A stretch of DNA of 64,000 bases from Vicugna vicugna (lineage: Eukaryota), in the NCBI GenBank assembly GCA_013265495.1, contig MU058781.1, positions 8,847,009-8,911,008 of the forward strand, given 5' to 3'. Position numbers and translations under genes: made by a program. Numbering within the stretch: position 1 is the stretch's first letter; the number at the start of each line of letters is the position of its first letter. The notes under the pieces are model-generated. The model worked only from the letters and a program-made list of their open reading frames with translations. It ran no database searches and was not told the origin of the DNA. This document shows, piece by piece, positions 60,666 to 64,000 of the stretch.

Positions 60666-60767
60666 TAGGTTAAACTTTATGAAATTGTTGTTACCTGACA
60701 ATTTTTGATTTGCAGCAAGTCAAACACACAAGCAAATAAAACAGCAATATCAGATGACTTTAACTTA
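60666..60767. mobile_element. MADE2-like mariner MITE
   Basis: Degenerate terminal inverted repeats taggttaaactttatgaaattgttgtt / aaacagcaatatcagatgactttaactta. Confidence 0.5.
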
Positions 60768-61314
60768 CAGATTCTACTAAGTCTACCACTGCAAAGATGA
60801 TTATTTCACTCGGATTAACCTGAGGAAACTTTTTTCTCTCGTTGTCCTAGTGACTCATTATAGCTTTTCAACCCCCATCCCAGTGTTTCAGGACTTATGT
60901 TTTCATCCCAGGTCCTTTAAGAATTTTTTCATAAAATTATGAAAATAAGTTTAAAGCTGCTGAAAATTTTTCTTAAATGTATTTGAATATGTCATATTGT
61001 TTCTAACTAAATCTCCTCTTTCAGTATGAACAGAATGATTCCTTGTTGTCCTAAATTGGTAGTTAGGAAATAAGTCCAAGCTTTCCTCCTTCTAGTCCTG
61101 GGTGATAGCATGCTCTGGACATAATTTCCTTTCAACCTTAACCTTACCTTTTATTATCTTTCCCTTTTTTTCCCTCTTTGGCCATATTTAATTATTGGAC
61201 AATGCCCTATGAAAAGTTCAGCTTGTTAGGACTTCTGAAAAGAAAGCATGTTAAGGAGGATTCCTGCTGCCTGTCCTCAGGAAGGTGTTTTTTGTTTTGG
61301 TTTGGTTTCTTCAC

Positions 61315-61869
61315 ATTTAAGAGATTAGTTATGGGTAAATTCAGATACCATCCAAAATGCACCCAATCTAAGTGTATGTTTGAAGATGTTTAGTAAATGT
61401 ATACATTTGTGCAACCATCATCACAATTCAGTTTTAGAGTGCTTTAGTTATGACAAAAAATTTCTTAATGCCTATTTGGAGTGAATTCCTGCTCCCAGCC
61501 CCAGGCAACCACTGATCTGTTTTCTGTCTCTGTATTTTGCTTCTTGTAGAAATTTCATATAAATGGAAACAATAAGTAATCTTTTGTGTCTTCCTTCTTT
61601 CATTTAAGAATGTTTTCAAGGCTCATCCATGTTGGTACATGTATCATTAGTTGGTTCTCTTTTATTTGTAAGTAAAATTTCCATTGTTTGGATATGTCAC
61701 ATTTTGTTTATCCACTCAGTGGTTGATGGACATTTGGACTGTTTCCAGTTTGGAGCTATTACAAAGCATGCCACTGTGAAAATCCACATACAGGTCTCTG
61801 TGTGGACATATGTTTTAATTTATCATGGGTAGATAACTAGGAGTAGACTTTCATAGTCACAGTAAGTGT
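61315..61869 (-). mobile_element. Old L1 (L1MB/ME-like) 3' region, resuming at 63963-64000 after a younger L1 insertion
   Basis: ccccaggcaaccactgatctg...gttgatggacatttggactgtttccagtttgg...tatgtttaactttt | gaagaaagtgccaaactg. Confidence 0.8.
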
Positions 61870-61882
61870 ATGTTTAACTTTT

Positions 61883-63949
61883 TTTTTCCTTCTTTTTTTT
61901 TAAACTTTTTTATAATTTATAATCATTTTACAATGTTGTGTCAAATTCCAGTGTTCAGCACAATTTTTCAGTTATACGTGAACATATGTATATTCACTGT
62001 CACATTGTTTTCTCTGTGAGCTACCATAAGATCTTGTGTATATTTCCCTGTGCTATACAGTATAATCTTGTTTATCTATTCTACAATTTTGAAATCCCAG
62101 TCTATCCCTTCCCACCCTCTACCCCCCTGGCAACCACAAGTCTGTATTCTCTGTCCATGAGTCTATTTCTGTCCTGTATTTATGCTTTGTTTTTGTTTGT
62201 TTGTTTGTTTTTGTTTTTTAGATTCCACATATGAGCGATCTCATATGGTATTTTTCTTTCTCTTTCTGGCTTACTTCACTTAGAATGACATTCTCCAGGA
62301 GCATCCATGTTGCTGCAAATGGCATTATGTTGTCAGTTTTTATGGCTGAGTAGTATTCCATTGTATAAATATACCACATCTTCTTTATCCAGTCACCTGA
62401 TGATGGACATTTAGGCTGTTTCCATGTTTTGGCTATTGTAAATAGTGCTGCTATGAACATTGGGGTGCAGGTGTCATCCTGAAGTAGNNNNNNNNNNNNN
62501 NNNNNNNNNNNNNNNNNNNNNNNNNNNNNNNNNNNNNNNNNNNNNNNNNNNNNNNNNNNNNNNNNNNNNNNNNNNNNNNNNNNNNNNNNNNNNNNNNNNN
62601 NNNNNNNNNNNNNNNNNNNNNNNNNNNNNNNNNNNNNNNNNNNNNNNNNNNNNNNNNNNNNNNNNNNNNNNNNNNNNNNNNNNNNNNNNNNNNNNNNNNN
62701 NNNNNNNNNNNNNNNNNNNNNNNNNNNNNNNNNNNNNNNNNNNNNNNNNNNNNNNNNNNNNNNNNNNNNNNNNNNNNNNNNNNNNNNNNNNNNNNNNNNN
62801 NNNNNNNNNNNNNNNNNNNNNNNNNNNNNNNNNNNNNNNNNNNNNNNNNNNNNNNNNNNNNNNNNNNNNNNNNNNNNNNNNNNNNNNNNNNNNNNNNNNN
62901 NNNNNNNNNNNNNNNNNNNNNNNNNNNNNNNNNNNNNNNNNNNNNNNNNNNNNNNNNNNNNNNNNNNNNNNNNNNNNNNNNNNNNNNNNNNNNNNNNNNN
63001 NNNNNNNNNNNNNNNNNNNNNNNNNNNNNNNNNNNNNNNNNNNNNNNNNNNNNNNNNNNNNNNNNNNNNNNNNNNNNNNNNNNNNNNNNNNNNNNNNNNN
63101 NNNNNNNNNNNNNNNNNNNNNNNNNNNNNNNNNNNNNNNNNNNNNNNNNNNNNNNNNNNNNNNNNNNNNNNNNNNNNNNNNNNNNNNNNNNNNNNNNNNN
63201 NNNNNNNNNNNNNNNNNNNNNNNNNNNNNNNNNNNNNNNNNNNNNNNNNNNNNNNNNNNNNNNNNNNNNNNNNNNNNNNNNNNNNNNNNNNNNNNNNNNN
63301 NNNNNNNNNNNNNNNNNNNNNNNNNNNNNNNNNNNNNNNNNNNNNNNNNNNNNNNNNNNNNNNNNNNNNNNNNNNNNNNNNNNNNNNNNNNNNNNNNNNN
63401 NNNNNNNNNNNNNNNNNNNNNNNNNNNNNNNNNNNNNNNNNNNNNNNNNNNNNNNNNNNNNNNNNACACAGAAAACTATAAACCATTGATGAAGGAAATT
63501 AAAGATTTTAAAAAATGGAAAGATGTCCCATGCTCTTGGATCGGAAGAATCAATATTGTTAAAATGGTCACACTGCCCAAGGCAATCTACAGATTTAATG
63601 CAATCCCTATCCAATTACCCAGGACATATTTCACAGAACTAGAACAAATCATAATAAAATTTATATGGAACCATCAAAGACCTAGAATTGCCAAAGCATT
63701 ACTGAAGAGAAAGAAAGAGGCTGGAGGAATAACTCTCCCAGACTTCAGACAATACTATAGAGCTACAGTCATCAAGACAGCATGGTATTGGTACCAAAAC
63801 AGACATATGGACCAATGGAACAGAATAGAGGGACCAGATATGAACCCACAAACTTTTGGTCGACTAATCTTCGACAAAGGAGGCAAGAATATACAATGTA
63901 ATAAAGACAGTCTCTTCAGCAAATAATGTTGGGAAAACTGGACAGTAGC
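61883..63949 (-). mobile_element. Young camelid-type L1 with 5' inversion, spanning the assembly gap
   Basis: 61883-62487 is the antisense poly-T, 3'UTR and ORF2 C-terminus (TCTPMFIAALFTIAKTWKQPKCP...); 63466-63949 is sense ORF2 ([10 protein letters not shown]...KDSLFSK*, with a premature TAA at 63924-63926); TSD atgtttaactttt at 61870-61882 and 63950-63962. Confidence 0.85.
62488..63465. other. Assembly gap (978 N)
   Basis: Run of N. Confidence 1.
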
Positions 63950-64000
63950 ATGTTTAACTTTTGAAGAAAGTGCCAAACTGCTCTCTAAAGGAACTGCACC

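Larger units (their letters stand above)
16816..64000 (+). other. CDKAL1: CDKAL1 intron downstream of the exon (partial, >47 kb)
   Basis: Starts at the GTAAGT donor; the expected next exon (VPGITIATDIICGFPGE...) is not seen in the window. Confidence 0.85.

Noticed and set aside
559..62234. The short ORFs of the six-frame track as protein-coding genes
   Set aside because: They are 60-155 aa, compositionally biased, without recognisable domains and often inside repeats, as expected by chance in mammalian intron DNA. Those with real homology are L1 ORF2 remnants.
62218..63926. Long 331-488 aa ORFs
   Set aside because: Artefacts of reading through the N gap; the non-N parts are L1 ORF2 fragments, one ending in a premature stop
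1..64000. CRISPR array, operon, CpG-island promoter or other prokaryote-like system
   Set aside because: No regularly spaced repeats, no gene-dense coding DNA and no CpG island; the sequence is a mammalian intron

Overview
Mammalian, AT-rich intronic DNA, very probably from a camelid (alpaca/llama/camel), judged from a tRNA-Ala-derived vic-1-type SINE at 52902-53028 and camelid-type L1 3' ends. The only protein-coding segment I can support is one 146-nt internal + strand exon at 16670-16815, missed by the ORF track. It encodes [48 protein letters not shown](K), part of the radical-SAM domain of CDKAL1 (tRNA-Lys t6A methylthiotransferase; exon 11 in human numbering, from memory). Everything else is the two very long flanking introns. 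These are filled with L1, L2, MIR, ERV1/MaLR LTRs and hAT/Tc1-mariner fossils, and there is a 978-N assembly gap at 62488-63465. The listed ORFs are spurious or L1 remnants. The best leads concern splicing inside the downstream intron: a candidate 3-nt neural-type microexon (19098-19100), a candidate recursive splice site or poison exon (37871-38078), and three small exon-like units with CG|GTRAG donors (48776-50246). Other leads are several repeat-free motif-dense blocks (candidate SOX4-landscape enhancers) and well-preserved nested or twin-primed retrotransposon structures. All of these leads are sequence-only hypotheses, and pseudo-exons are common in large introns. Repeat family names are from recognition, not from a database search.
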